From positions 180,110,001-180,174,000 of the forward strand of contig OZ024741.1 in the NCBI GenBank assembly GCA_964016885.1: 64,000 nucleotides of DNA. Direction: 5' to 3'. A program made the translations under genes and the position numbers. Shown in pieces: positions 1 to 13,160 of the stretch. The notes beneath the pieces are model-generated. The model worked only from the letters and a program-made list of their open reading frames with translations, did no database searches and had not been told where the DNA came from. Source of the stretch: Eledone cirrhosa (taxonomy: Eukaryota). Each line of letters begins with the position of its first letter. Within the stretch, counting starts at the first letter, position 1.

Positions 1-280
1 TGTGAATGGGCCCATTCTGAGCATGCGTTTGTTCGTTAGAAAGATTGAAGAAAAGAGAACCCTCCTAAGGTGCTCTTTGAGTCGAAGGGGGTTTACGATC
101 TGTGGGGTTCCTAAAGTTACCCCAGGGTATTGGAGTATCCTCTTGTTATTTATGCTGTTATTAAATGTATTGTTAATTGTTTTTGTTAATTTTTTTTTAC
201 ATGATTATTTGTAAATCCCACCCTCTTCGTTTTTTGTATTATCCTATGTGTTCGGCCCTTGTGCCTAATAATAAAGAAAA
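1..280 (+). mobile_element. 3' end of a Tx1/L1-clade LINE (ORF2 end plus 3' UTR)
   Basis: Similar to the 3' parts of the copies at 2350, 18207 and 21545; ends ggcccttgtgcctaataataaagaaa followed by (ATT)n. Confidence 0.65.
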
Positions 281-307
281 AAGTATTATTATTATTATCG
301 TTGTTAA

Positions 308-474
308 GGGCGATGGATTGGCAATCGATAGAGGGTCGGACGCCATGCTTTGCAGCATAGAATTACTGCCCTTTCCACCGAGGGGAAATTTTGCCTTTCA
401 TCGATAAAATAAAACACCAGTAATGCACTGGAATAATTGCTGGCCTTGCGCCAAAAGTAAAAACAATTATTATT
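308..474 (+). mobile_element. tRNA-derived SINE, degenerate copy
   Basis: ggattggca..gggtcggacgccatgc head, tttgcctttcatc core, ctggccttgcgccaaaagtaaaaacaattatt tail. Confidence 0.8.
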
Positions 475-669
475 ATCATTGTTTTTCCTTTTCCTTCAGT
501 ATTGTTTCCGTTATATGCCAAGTGTCTTCCTGACACCTAGAGCAAATAAACTCACTGTAGTTTTTACATGCAGAAACTTGCATTGTATCGTTCTGTGCTG
601 TCCTCGATGTTATACTTTATGTCAACCCTTGTGGTTAATAAAGAAAACATTATCATTATTATTATCATT

Positions 670-1139
670 ATTATCATTGTTTTTTTCCTTTTCCTTCAGT
701 ATTGTTTCCGTTATATACCGAGTGTCTTCCTGACACCTAGAGCAAATAAACTCACTGTATACATTGGTTAGCCAGTTAACACACCACATTGATAATCATT
801 CTCACATAAATATTGCACTTTTCAATATGTGTGCAGTACCAGTTAAAATAATTTGTTGCACCTCTTGCAGAGATAATAAACGAGGGATCATTTTCAAATA
901 CTGTTCTGTTCCTTTCTTGATCATTCCCAGTGCTTCCACAATCACTGGTATTGTAATAACTTTGATTGCCACATTTTTTCAATTTCAATAAGCAGATCTT
1001 TATATTTTCTAAGCTTGTCAAATTCTTTTGCCGCGATTTTGTGATCACATGGGATGCTCATATCAATTAATAACGTTGGTCTTTTACAATGATACTATCT
1101 TGTTCTTTTATAATGATACTATGGTGGTCTTTTACAATG

Positions 1140-1140
<1 letters not shown>
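670..1140 (-). mobile_element. 5'-truncated R4/Dong-like LINE (C-terminus of the restriction-like endonuclease plus 3' UTR)
   Basis: Minus strand, with a frameshift, reads IDMSIPCDHKIAAKEFDKLRKYKDLLIEIEKMW..TIPVIVEALGMIKKG; both ends abut (TAA)n, the known Dong target. Confidence 0.8.
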
Positions 1141-1211
<71 letters not shown>

Positions 1212-1430
1212 GGGCGGTGGATTGGCAGTATCGGTTGAGCGTCAGACACCCTACTTCGCGGCAGCGTTATGGCCCTTTACGTTCTGAGTTCGAATCCCGC
1301 CGAGGTTAACTTTGCCTTTCATCCTTACGTGGTCGATAAAATAAAGCACCAGTAATGAACTGGGGTCGATTTAAACGACTTTTCCCTTCCCAAAATTGCT
1401 GGCCTTGTGCCTAAAGTAGAAACAATTATT
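1212..1430 (+). mobile_element. tRNA-derived SINE, long form
   Basis: A-box-like tggcagtatcgg, B-box gagttcgaatccc, conserved core, (ATT)n tail. Confidence 0.9.
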
Positions 1431-1439
1431 ATCATTATT

Positions 1440-2006
1440 ATGGTTTGTGTTTTTCCTCTCCCTTCAGTTTTGTTGCCATTTCTAGCCGAGTGTCTTCCCG
1501 ACACCTAGGGCAAAGAAACTCACCAGATTGTTTACGTCGCTTATTTTACACAGTTACACGTATATCATTTTTTTTAAAATCATATTTACAACAGAATATT
1601 AAATCATATAAGAGTGCTCAATTATTTACAACTTACATAATTATGGAATATAATCTAATAAAGTTATGTAAAAAAAAACTTACATAGATGATTATCTTTC
1701 TCACAGTGATAGCACTCTTCGCAATACATGTGCCATACTAGTTTAAATTATTTTTTCCCCTTTTTGTAGTGATAGTAAGCCAGGGATCATTCTAGAATAA
1801 CTCTCCGTTCCTTTTTTTAATCATTCCTAGTGCTTCTACAATTGTAACTATCTTGAGATGTCACATTTTTTCAATTTCAATCAGCAAATTTTCATATTTA
1901 TTTTTAGTTTGTCCAATTCATTGTGATCCCATGGGATGCTCATATCAATCAATAAATATATTTTGTTATTTTGGTCTTTTACAATAATATCCGGTCTTTT
2001 AGCTTT
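1440..2006 (-). mobile_element. Second 5'-truncated R4/Dong-like LINE
   Basis: Minus strand KAKRPDIIVKDQNNKIYLLIDMSIPWDH (PD..D endonuclease motif); 3' UTR homologous to 674-759. Confidence 0.8.
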
Positions 2007-2090
2007 GGTGGTTCTGCCTGAATGTACACGAAAGTTCCAAAGAATCGTTACGTTTTCTCCCTCAGTTACCGCCTCGGGTAATGCTTATAC

Positions 2091-2349
2091 TAGGCAGTAT
2101 CGGTAGAGGGTCGGACGACATGCTTTCCAGCACAGTTACGTCCCTTTACGGTCTGAGTTCAAATCCCGCCGAGGTTGACTTTGCCTTTCAACCTTACGGG
2201 GTCGATAAAATAAAGTACCAGTAATGCACTGGGTATTTGCTGACCTTGTGCCAAAAGTAGAAACAATTATTATTAATATTATTAGGGCGGTGGATTGGCA
2301 GTATCGGTAGAGGGTCGGACGCCATGCTTTGCAGCAAAGAGTTACAGCC
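2091..2349 (+). mobile_element. SINE plus the 5' part of a second SINE
   Basis: Same head and core; the second copy is cut off at about 2349 by the Tx1 fragment. Confidence 0.85.
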
Positions 2350-2976
2350 GAGCCTGTCCGAGATGCGCGCAGAGCGACGAAACCGTCGTGCACGCACTCG
2401 TTTAGTGCCCGAGCATTGCTGACTTGTGGAGCTATGTCGAACAGTTGCTGTCGCGTGTAGGACTGATCCGGTTATCGACTGAGTCCATTGTGCAGATGGT
2501 CTCGCCGTCTTCCTTCGAGGAGGAAGGGCAGGCGGTTTTCATCTGCTTGGTGGCCATGGCGAAAGAGATTGCGTGGTGGACAAGGTTGAAAGAGTTAAAG
2601 ACTTTCCTCTTCGGCGAATCCCTAATTAACTTTTTCAAGTTTCATTTGAAGAGGAAAATCAGGGTGGAGAGGCAAGTGCTGCCTTCTAGCAAGAAATGGA
2701 AAAATTGAGAGAGGGCGCTTGCTCTGGTGGTCAGGGTGGCCGTGGTCTTTTGTGCAGTTTTGGCCACGAGTAACCCTCGGAGGTTTCCCCCCTGTTGGGG
2801 AATTTTTCATTGTTTCAATTTTCATTTTTATTGTTTATATATATATGTTTCTATGTCTTTTTTTTCTTTTCTTATATAAATAATAAAAATATTTACACGC
2901 ACAAAACCCACATCGTACCGTCATGTACCGTCCTGTGCCGTCTGTAATGTCAGCCCTTGTGGCCAATAAAGAAATC
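2350..2976 (+). mobile_element. 5'-truncated Tx1/L1-clade LINE (CCHC zinc-knuckle end of ORF2)
   Basis: CPRCAQSDETVVHALV*CP then LWSYVEQLLSRVG..; 3' end cccttgtggccaataaagaaa plus (ATT)n. Confidence 0.85.
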
Positions 2977-4023
2977 AATATTATTATCATTATTATTATT
3001 ATTATTATTGTTATTATTATTATTTATTTATTTATTTATTTATGTATTTGTATATATATATGGGCACTCGGAAAGTGCTTGGAAAAATAAATTTCCCCTC
3101 TTTCGGTAAACGAAATTACTCGGAGCGGTTTGCTTTGCCCGGTCCCACCGCGCCGCCTGTTTGGGCCGCCATATAATACTTATACCTATAAACTCCAGGC
3201 TTAGGCATAACTGTTAGCTGTATCATGCCTCTACTGGCACGTAAATAAACCCCTCATGTGTGAATTAATAATATACGTTTGGTATAGACGACGGCCTGTC
3301 GAAATTGTAGACTTCCCGCTAGAACTCCCGGGACCTAAGGTAGCTACGTTCCTAGAGTACTCTGAAAAATGTATTTCCATTTATTTCGCTGTACGATACC
3401 ACTCGTTACTGGCTGACTAGTGGTTAGGAGGTGCTGGCTGCGATTACAATCGAAATCTTTACTCTATATCCCATCCTGATAACTTATCGAGATTAACTTT
3501 TCCATACAAGACTCTCTCTGTAAGTTCATTATATAAATCTTGCCACCCTAACCTTTAATTTTCTAATAATTTATTTTTCAATTTACCAGTTTGCAATTTA
3601 ATATTTTTTAATTTAATTTCATCCTATAACTCGTAACATAAGTTTAACGTTCCAATTTTCGGTTCACACGTTAGACCATACAGTCACCCATTATATATGC
3701 CTTCGTTAAATATAGATTCTTTAGATTAGCATTTTTCGCGGCGTTTTCTAGCATGACTGTAGTGTGACCCTTACGCTGACTTCTTTCTTCCTCTTTTCTT
3801 CTTTCTTCCTTTCTTTCTTTCTTCCCCTTTTTCTTTGACGGCGAGGTGGTAGTGCATTATAAGCCTTCGCCCCCTAACCAGATGATCATTAGTAGTTTGA
3901 GTTGCCATCACATTGAGGGCGACTGGCCGAGGTGAAGGCAGCTAGTTGGTCAGTCGCCCTCTTTGTCTCTGTCTCTGATTTGTCGGACCCAGGGTTTTTT
4001 ACATATTCCTTTGTTATATTCCA

Positions 4024-4081
4024 ATACCTGATGATATCACCGGATTCATATGGAACCCGGTCATTGAAATGATCATAGTAT
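4024..4081 (+). ncRNA. Type I hammerhead ribozyme motif
   Basis: atac-CTGATGA-[accgg..ccggt stem II]-GAA-atgatcat (palindromic stem III)-A-gtat. Confidence 0.65.
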
Positions 4082-4125
4082 AATAACATTTTCAAGGATT
4101 TTACACCAGTCCAGCCTCCTGTTAT

Positions 4126-4219
<94 letters not shown>

Positions 4220-4296
4220 AATTAGAATTTTATTTCTCGCCCTAGCACAACACAGCTGATATATAAATGTAAGTATGCACACGTATATATATATAC

Positions 4297-4394
<98 letters not shown>

Positions 4395-4395
4395 A

Positions 4396-4462
<67 letters not shown>

Positions 4463-4526
4463 AGGTAAAACTTGAACCATTAAGGTCTCGTTCCTGGATA
4501 TGTCAATATTTATAAAACAAACTTTG

Positions 4527-4587
4527 TATTTTATCTGATGAGAGCGTACCAAAGTTTGGGCACTCTTGAAATATATATAATAGAATA
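4527..4587 (+). ncRNA. Type I hammerhead-like motif
   Basis: tattttat-CTGATGA-gagcgtaccaaa/tttgggcactc-tt-GAAA-tatata-TA-atagaata. Confidence 0.55.
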
Positions 4588-4739
4588 AATATGGTTTTAT
4601 AAATATAGTTTCCATTTATTAATATCATTGATATTATACTCCAGAAAAGCTGTCGAGTGCTTCGAATCAGTTATAAATATATATATTTGTTGAATTACCA
4701 ACAAATTGAGTATCCCTTTGCTTCAAAACATTATTATTG

Positions 4740-4927
4740 TGGATTGGCAGTATCGGTAGAGGGTCGGACGCCATGCTTTCCAGCATGGAGTTACGGCCCT
4801 TGCCATTCTGAGTTCAAATCCCGCCGAGGTTAACTTTGCCTTTCATCCTTACGGGTTAGATAAAATAAAGTACCAGTAATGCACTGGGATAATTGCTGGC
4901 CTTGTGCCAAAAGTAGAAACAATTATT
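4740..4927 (+). mobile_element. tRNA-derived SINE
   Basis: Family head, core and tail. Confidence 0.9.
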
Positions 4928-5095
4928 AATGTTCGATATAACCCATACGTACATATGTATATGGTATATATGTGGGTGTATGTATATATATATATATGTG
5001 TATACATATATGTGTGTGTACGTGTGCATACTTACATCTATGTATCAGCTGCGCTTGGGCGTGAAATAAAATTGTAATTTTACACACACACACGA

Positions 5096-5145
<50 letters not shown>

Positions 5146-5227
5146 TAATAATAAGATACGAAATCTAGATTTCGATGATTCCTTTGTTGTTGTAATTAGA
5201 CGTTATACTCATTTCTGTGGTGTCATC

Positions 5228-5497
5228 GTTACGTCATGGTATTATAACATAATTCTTGACACGACGTCTTCAGACAGCGTCTTAGGTAGTATTTCTAATC
5301 ATGTATCCATTTCTAATGCTTAGCTCTCGATGTTGTTATTCCAAAGGTCTATCTCCATATAACAAAATCTAAAGTAAGTCAGTCTCCTTATGAATACGTT
5401 GCAGTACCATAGCAATGGATTACATGATGAAATGTCTTACCTAAGAGGCTGTCTGGAAACGTCGTGTCAAGAATTACGTTTTAGCACCATGACGTAT
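5228..5497. repeat. Diverged inverted repeat, arms about 90-120 bp
   Basis: tacgtcatgg..aattcttgacacgacgt..cagacagc mirrored by gctgtctg..acgtcgtgtcaagaatt..ccatgacgta. Confidence 0.7.
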
Positions 5498-5682
5498 TAT
5501 GGCTAATTACGTAATGAAATTATGAAAAGCCTTCGTGTTATATCACTACTGCGTATAGACTCCGCTCAGTACTGCCCATGCGATACCACATCAAAATTGG
5601 CAGAATACATATATCATGATCTGCTGATAAGAGCGACACTATCACAATCCCAGCTATCAATTAATTCTATAATTCAAGTATA

Positions 5683-5745
<63 letters not shown>

Positions 5746-5846
5746 TTTTGCGAGGTTTTTTATATGAAATCGTGTGTCGAAACAAATATTGTTATACTTG
5801 GGGAGTATAACAATATTTGTTATACTCCCCAAGTATATAATATATA

Positions 5847-5917
<71 letters not shown>

Positions 5918-6231
5918 GTATATATATGTATGTATGTATGTATATATATATATGTATATATATGTATGTATACATATATATATATATATATGTATATGTA
6001 TATATATGTATGTATGTATGTATATATATATATATATATATATATGTATCGATAGGAAAATCTGCTTTGTAGAATCGAGACGTATCCGAGGACCGCGCGA
6101 TTTCAGAGTCAGGTTTGATCACCATATCCTTCGTGACTTGAGCTGGTCGCCCGAGAAACAATTGTAATATGTCCAATAAATTCCTTTCGTCGCAACACTG
6201 ATTCTCTTTTTTCTGTGATATATATATATAT

Positions 6232-6732
6232 ATATTGTTATACTTGGGGAGGGTCATATTTGTGTAATATTGCCAGAATTAATAACAGAACACACTCACT
6301 GTTTGGTTGGTTTTCGCTTCTCGCTTCTGTGTCTTTTATATCGGTAATCTAATATACTCAGTCCTCAATGTTGCCATTGACTGACCGGCGGTCAAAAATA
6401 ATACAGATACAATATAGACACAAACACATATATATAGTTTATCATAAATCTTTCGTTGCACATCTGCAACATCGTCAGTGGTGCTATATTTTCCTCCTGT
6501 TGTATTGTATGTCTACGCCATTTTTTCATTTAGATTACCGATATAAAACGCCATTTTTTCATTTTAGATTACCGATATAAAAGACACAGAAGCGAGAAGC
6601 GAAAACCAACCAAACAGTGAGTGTGTTCTGTTATTAATTCTGGCAAGATTACACAAATATGACCCTCCCCAAGTATAACTATATCTGTTTCGACACACGA
6701 TTTCATATAAAAAACCTCGCAAAACTAATTCA
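6232..6732. mobile_element. Fold-back element with about 120 bp inverted arms and a one-sided tail, inserted in (TA)n
   Basis: 6232-6352 is mirrored by 6562-6680; relatives at 5741-5838 and 41143-41302. Confidence 0.75.
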
Positions 6733-6738
6733 TCGCCG

Positions 6739-6853
<115 letters not shown>

Positions 6854-7076
6854 CACTTGGCCAATGACTTCTATCCATCCTCAAACTCCCCCACCTTCTC
6901 CAACCACCAGAAAACATACAAATACCACCATGTTACAGTGACAGTTGGCTTTTCTGGAGATTTCCTACGAAATTAAATTCTATATTAAATTTTGTATATA
7001 CTCTACTAATGTATTGAGGACCTTACTTATTGTGGTTACCACCGATTAACCCCCCCCCCCCCCCACACACACACAC

Positions 7077-7127
<51 letters not shown>

Positions 7128-7252
7128 AATATATTTTTATTATTACAAGAACTAATAACAAAAATGTCACTTTATAAATCTGGAAGATATGTGTTTCAAC
7201 ACCTCATAGTGGCCGATGGCAACTTCTTTTTCCGTCTTTTAATGGTGTTTAC

Positions 7253-7307
<55 letters not shown>

Positions 7308-7310
<3 letters not shown>

Positions 7311-8101
7311 GGAGGTGAGTTTTATTGTAGTACAATAAAGCAATGCAGATATCGGATAAGAAGCACTCTACAGTTTGTAGGACTGGAGTATACATAATAT
7401 ATAAGATCAAAAGATGGTTAAAGGAGTTCCATGTATTTTATTATGCGCATTTCAAAAACAAATATCATCATGCAATAACATTTGTGTTTTCATCAGATAA
7501 AATAGGAAGACATGATATGAAGGTTAAAAACACTTGTGGATAGTGCAGTTTTAAATCAACATATGAAAAGTAGTTTTAGATTGATGTGTGACATTGGAGA
7601 AAAAAAATGTTTGAGGAGGGGGGGGGGAAGGATGAAAAAGAGGTGGAGATGAGAGTAAAAAGTGGAGGGGGCGGAGTATAATGAGGAAGGATGAGATAGG
7701 AGGAGAGATGGGTGATAGAGAGAGAGAGATAGCTTTTATAACTGAGAAAAAAGCTATCTCTCTCTCTCTATCACCCATCTCTCCTCCTATCTCATCCTTC
7801 CTCATTATACTCCGCCCCCCCCCCCCCCCTCCTCCCTCCACTTTTTACTCTCATCTCCACCTCTTTTTCATCCTTTCCACCCCCCCCCCCTCAAAAGATT
7901 TGTTTCCCCAATATCACACATCAATCTAAAACTACTTTTCATATGTTGATTTAAAACTGCACTATCCACAAGTGTTTTTAACCTTCATATCATGTCCTCC
8001 TATTTTATCTGATGAAAACACAAATGTTATTGCATGATGATATTTGTTTTTGAAATGCGCATAATAAAATACATGGAACTCTTTTAACCATCTTTTGATC
8101 T

Positions 8102-8110
<9 letters not shown>
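7308..8110. mobile_element. Head-to-head fold-back of a hammerhead-bearing, PLE-type repeat
   Basis: Arms of about 350 bp around an 11 nt loop (7738-7748); hammerheads at 7434-7504 (-) and 8001-8071 (+); about 87 bp tail on the left arm only; (TA)n flanks. Confidence 0.85.
8001..8071 (+). ncRNA. Type I hammerhead ribozyme motif
   Basis: tattttat-CTGATGA-long stem II-GAA-atgcgcat-A-ataaaata; 8 bp stem I and palindromic stem III, as in minimal PLE hammerheads. Confidence 0.75.
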
Positions 8111-8182
<72 letters not shown>

Positions 8183-8282
8183 AGTAAAAAATTGAACGGG
8201 AACAAAACAGAGAGGCAGTACGAACAAAGGTTTATTAGTTTCACGCTCTTGAGAGTGGGGTGGTGGTGGCTCTCTCTCTCTC

Positions 8283-8393
<111 letters not shown>

Positions 8394-9409
8394 GCAGATT
8401 CTTTCTCCTTCCTCTTGTCTGTATGTGTGTGTGTGTGTGTGTGTAAAATTACAATTTTCAAAACCTAAACAGAAACCACAAAGCAAACAATATAATACAA
8501 TAAAGAAATATATTAGTTTAAGGCTTGATATATTAGGAAAAGAGTCTTTGCGTTTCGGATTCTAGTGCCTCATCAGAAAAACATTTTTTTGAGAAAAAGC
8601 AAATGAGTATTCAGTCAGCCATTTTTGAGAGAAATATATATATATATATATAAATGAGAGGTATAGAGATTGTTTTAACGAGAAGCTAATAATATTCTAT
8701 AACATATATGCGACTATAACGTCAAGATGGGAAAAGTAGTTAACGTAAGATTTAGGAAAAATAATTCAAACTCATCTCAAAAGAGAATCAGGATACAAAT
8801 TCATCCACAGAATTTAGTGAAATCCAGGGAAAAATCAATAGACCTTTAACTCATGATAAAATAGAGTTTAAAACACTTATCCTTCAATTTGGAATAACAT
8901 CAAATGCTCTGTATAGTCTTAAAAGACTATTTCATGAAAACTTTCAGTGGAGATGGTCACGGTTGGATTTCAATCGTCAGCAGAGCTCAACAGAAACCAG
9001 GGCTCTCACAGTATTATAATCCGAAAAAGGGAATTCTAAAACTGGCTAGTTCGCCATCATGTGTGATTATGAAAAAGCACATGAAAAAGCACATATATAT
9101 ATAGATATATATATATATATATAGATATATATATATATATAGGAAAAAGTATGACCCCGACGGCAGAGCTCAAGACGTTTCGACAGCTATTTATATATAT
9201 ATATATATGCCACCCAGCCAGCCAACCAGCCACCATCATTAAAACTCCACAGTTAATAAAAGGTAGCTGTTGTTTCATCACTATCGGGAGCAGAGGTGCA
9301 GATAGGGATGGTGAGACACAAACTGTCCTGTTTTGAAAACTTAACTGCCATTTTGTGATGTCTTATTTTAAAACAATTTGAAAGCTACTGCCTCTACCAA
9401 CACACACAA

Positions 9410-9476
9410 TGTCACCGTCACCACCATCACTACCATCACAACCAACATCCCTAATAACTCTACCACCACCACCACC

Positions 9477-9573
<97 letters not shown>

Positions 9574-11105
9574 GTAACACCTCCAGGAACAGCAACACAT
9601 CCACCCCCAACAACAATAATAATACTACCATCGCCACTAGCAACAACTGCTACAACACTATCAAAACCATAACCACCAACACCACCAACACCACCAACAA
9701 CGCCACCACCAACAACACCATCAACAACGCCAGCACCAACACCACCAACAACGCCAGCACCAACACCACCAACACCACCAACAACGCCACCACCAACAAC
9801 ACCAACACCACCAACAACGCCAGCACCAACACCACCAACAACGCCACCACCAACACCACCAACAACGCCAGCACCAACACCACCAACACCACCAACAACG
9901 CCACCACCAACAACACCAACACCACCAACAACGCCAGCACCAACACCACCAACACCACCAACAACGCCAGCACCAACACCACCAACACCACCAACAACGC
10001 CACCACCAACAACACCAACACCACCAACAACGCCAGCACCAACACCACCAACACCACCAACAACGCCACCACCAACACCACCAACACCACCAACAACGCC
10101 ACCACCAACAACACCAACACCACCAACAACGCCACCACCAACACCACCAACACCACCAACAACGCCAGCACCAACACCACCAACACCAACACCACCAACA
10201 CCACCAACAACGCCAGCACCACCAACAACGCCACCACCAACACCACCAACAACGCCAGCACCAACACCACCAACACCACCAACAACGCCACCACCAACAC
10301 CACCAACACCACCAACAACGCCACCACCAACAACACCAACACCACCAACAACGCCACCACCAACACCACCAACACCACCAACAACGCCAGCACCAACACC
10401 ACCAACACCAACACCAACAACACCATCAACAACGCCAGCACCAACACCACCAACAACGCCACCACCAACACCACCAACACCACCAACAACGCCAGCACCA
10501 CCAACACCAACACCACCAACACCACCAACAACGCCAGCACCAACACCACCAACACCACCACCAACACCACCAACAACGCCAGCACCAACACCACCAACAC
10601 CACCACCAACACCACCAACAACGCCAGCACCAACACCACCAACACCACCAACAACGCCAGCACCAACACCACCAACACCACCAACAACGCCACCACCAAC
10701 ACCACCAACAACGCCAGCACGAACACCACCAACACCACCAACAACGCCACCACCAACACCACCAACAACGCCAGCACCAACACCACCAACACCACCAACA
10801 ACGCCAGCACCAACACCACCAACACCACCAACAACGCCAGCACCAACACCGCCAACACCACCAACAACGCCAGCACCAACACCACCAACACCACCAACAA
10901 CGCCACCACCAACACCACCAACAACGCCAGCACCAACACCAACAACACAACCAACACCACCACAACTATCACCACACAACATCAACACCTTCTTCACCGT
11001 CACCACTGTCACCACCACCACCACCATCGCCAACAACAACAACACCAGTACCAGCAACAATACTCCCTCCAACACCAACAGTAACACCACTATTACGATC
11101 ACCAC
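9410..11105. repeat. Compound ACC/AAC/GCC/AGC trinucleotide satellite
   Basis: Almost T-free plus strand built from reiterated AACACCACC and AACAACGCC blocks. Confidence 0.9.
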
Positions 11106-11304
11106 AAAACCAAATCACACGTAAAATGCCCCCACCTCAAGGAAATACCCAACCACATCCCTCACTGGTTGCTTTTCTTTTATCTTTCGAGTTATTTTAT
11201 TTTCGAATTCTCTCAGTAAGTAACAGATTTTTATCGTAAAAAAATAGTAAAGGAACAAATATAAATAAAAATTTTAATATAATATAAATACTAAAACATA
11301 TATG

Positions 11305-11416
<112 letters not shown>

Positions 11417-11436
11417 ATATATATACATATATATAC

Positions 11437-11493
<57 letters not shown>

Positions 11494-11630
11494 TTTATAC
11501 GTATATATATGTGTGTGTGTGTATGTATATATATATATATATATACATATATATATACACATAAAAAATATACATATATGTATATATATATGTGTGTATG
11601 TGTGTGTGTGTGTATGTATGTATATACATA

Positions 11631-11666
<36 letters not shown>

Positions 11667-11753
11667 CAAATAAATATATACAAATATATATGCATATATA
11701 TGCATATATATATATATATATATATGCATTCATATGTATATATATATGCATTC

Positions 11754-11787
<34 letters not shown>

Positions 11788-11912
11788 ATCTATATATGTG
11801 TACGTGTGAATGTGTAGTGTAAGTGTGTGCGCTATTTTTAATTGTTTTTATTGATTTCCTTCTTTTCTTTTTTGTATATTTAATCTGGATCTTTAGTCAG
11901 ATCTTAGCACGT

Positions 11913-11952
<40 letters not shown>

Positions 11953-12079
11953 CCCACACCCTCACACCCACACCCACACACCCACATCCACACCCACCCC
12001 CACCTCCACATACACACCCACACACATATACACCCACATATATATATATATACATGTATATCATATATATATATACAGC

Positions 12080-12121
<42 letters not shown>

Positions 12122-12214
12122 GTGTTTGTGTGTGTATGTATGTATGTGTATGTATGTATTTGTGTGTGTTGGTTTATATTATTTAAATTATCCGCCTCTA
12201 TATTAACTTTTAAC

Positions 12215-12253
<39 letters not shown>

Positions 12254-12464
12254 TTCGGCATATGGTATTTCGAAATCCTTATTTGCAAACCTTAAAAAAT
12301 CTCCCTTTCACATCCCATAGCTTCACCACACCCTCGATATACTCCCCACCCCCATCTTCCAACATCACAACTACCATCCTCACTACCATTGCCACCACCT
12401 CCATAACATTACCGCTAACATAACAGTAACCTCCCCCCCCAAAAAAAATCACCCTACAGCCACC

Positions 12465-13160
12465 ACGTTCACTATCACCACCACCACCACCACCACCACC
12501 ACCGTCACCAATTTCATCACCACCATCTCATCTCTAACAGTACAGTCACCCACCCCCCCATCCGCCACACACCACCGTCATCACCACCACCACCACCACC
12601 ACCACCACCACCATCAACGTCACCAATTTCATCACCACCATCTCATCTCTAACAGTACAGTCACCCCCCCCCCATCCGCCACACACCACCGTCATCACCA
12701 CCACCACCACCACCACCACCACCACCACCACCATCAACGTCACCAATTTCATCACCACCATCTCATCTCTAATAGTACAGTCACCCCCACCCCCCACCCA
12801 CCACACACCACCGTCATCACCTCTATCACCACCACCACCACCACCACCACCATCAACGTCACCAATTTCATCACCACCATCTCATCTCTAACAGTACAGT
12901 CACCCCCACCCCCCACCACCGTCATCACCTCTATCACCACCACCACCACCACCACCACCATCAACGTCACCAATTTCATCACCACCATCTCATCTCTAAC
13001 AGTACAGTCACCCCCACCCCCCACCCCCATCCGCCACACACCACCGTCATCACCTCTATCACCACCACCACCATCAATGTCACCAATTTCATCACCACCA
13101 TCTCATCTCTAACAGTACAGTCACCACCCCCCCCATCCGCCACACACCACCGTCATCACC
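12465..13160. repeat. Minisatellite, about 6 copies of a 110-130 bp unit, continuing into (ACC)n-rich sequence to about 13510
   Basis: Repeated gtcaccaatttcatcaccaccatctcatctctaacagtacagtcacc. Confidence 0.9.

Noticed and set aside
7308-8110. Palindromes as sequencing or amplification fold-back artefacts
   Set aside because: The arms differ by substitutions and indels, one palindrome has a SINE in a single arm, and the end points recur between family members
9363-11105. Mucin-, elastin- or antifreeze-like proteins (568 and 580 aa ORFs)
   Set aside because: The absence of stops follows from a nearly T-free strand; no splice or domain evidence
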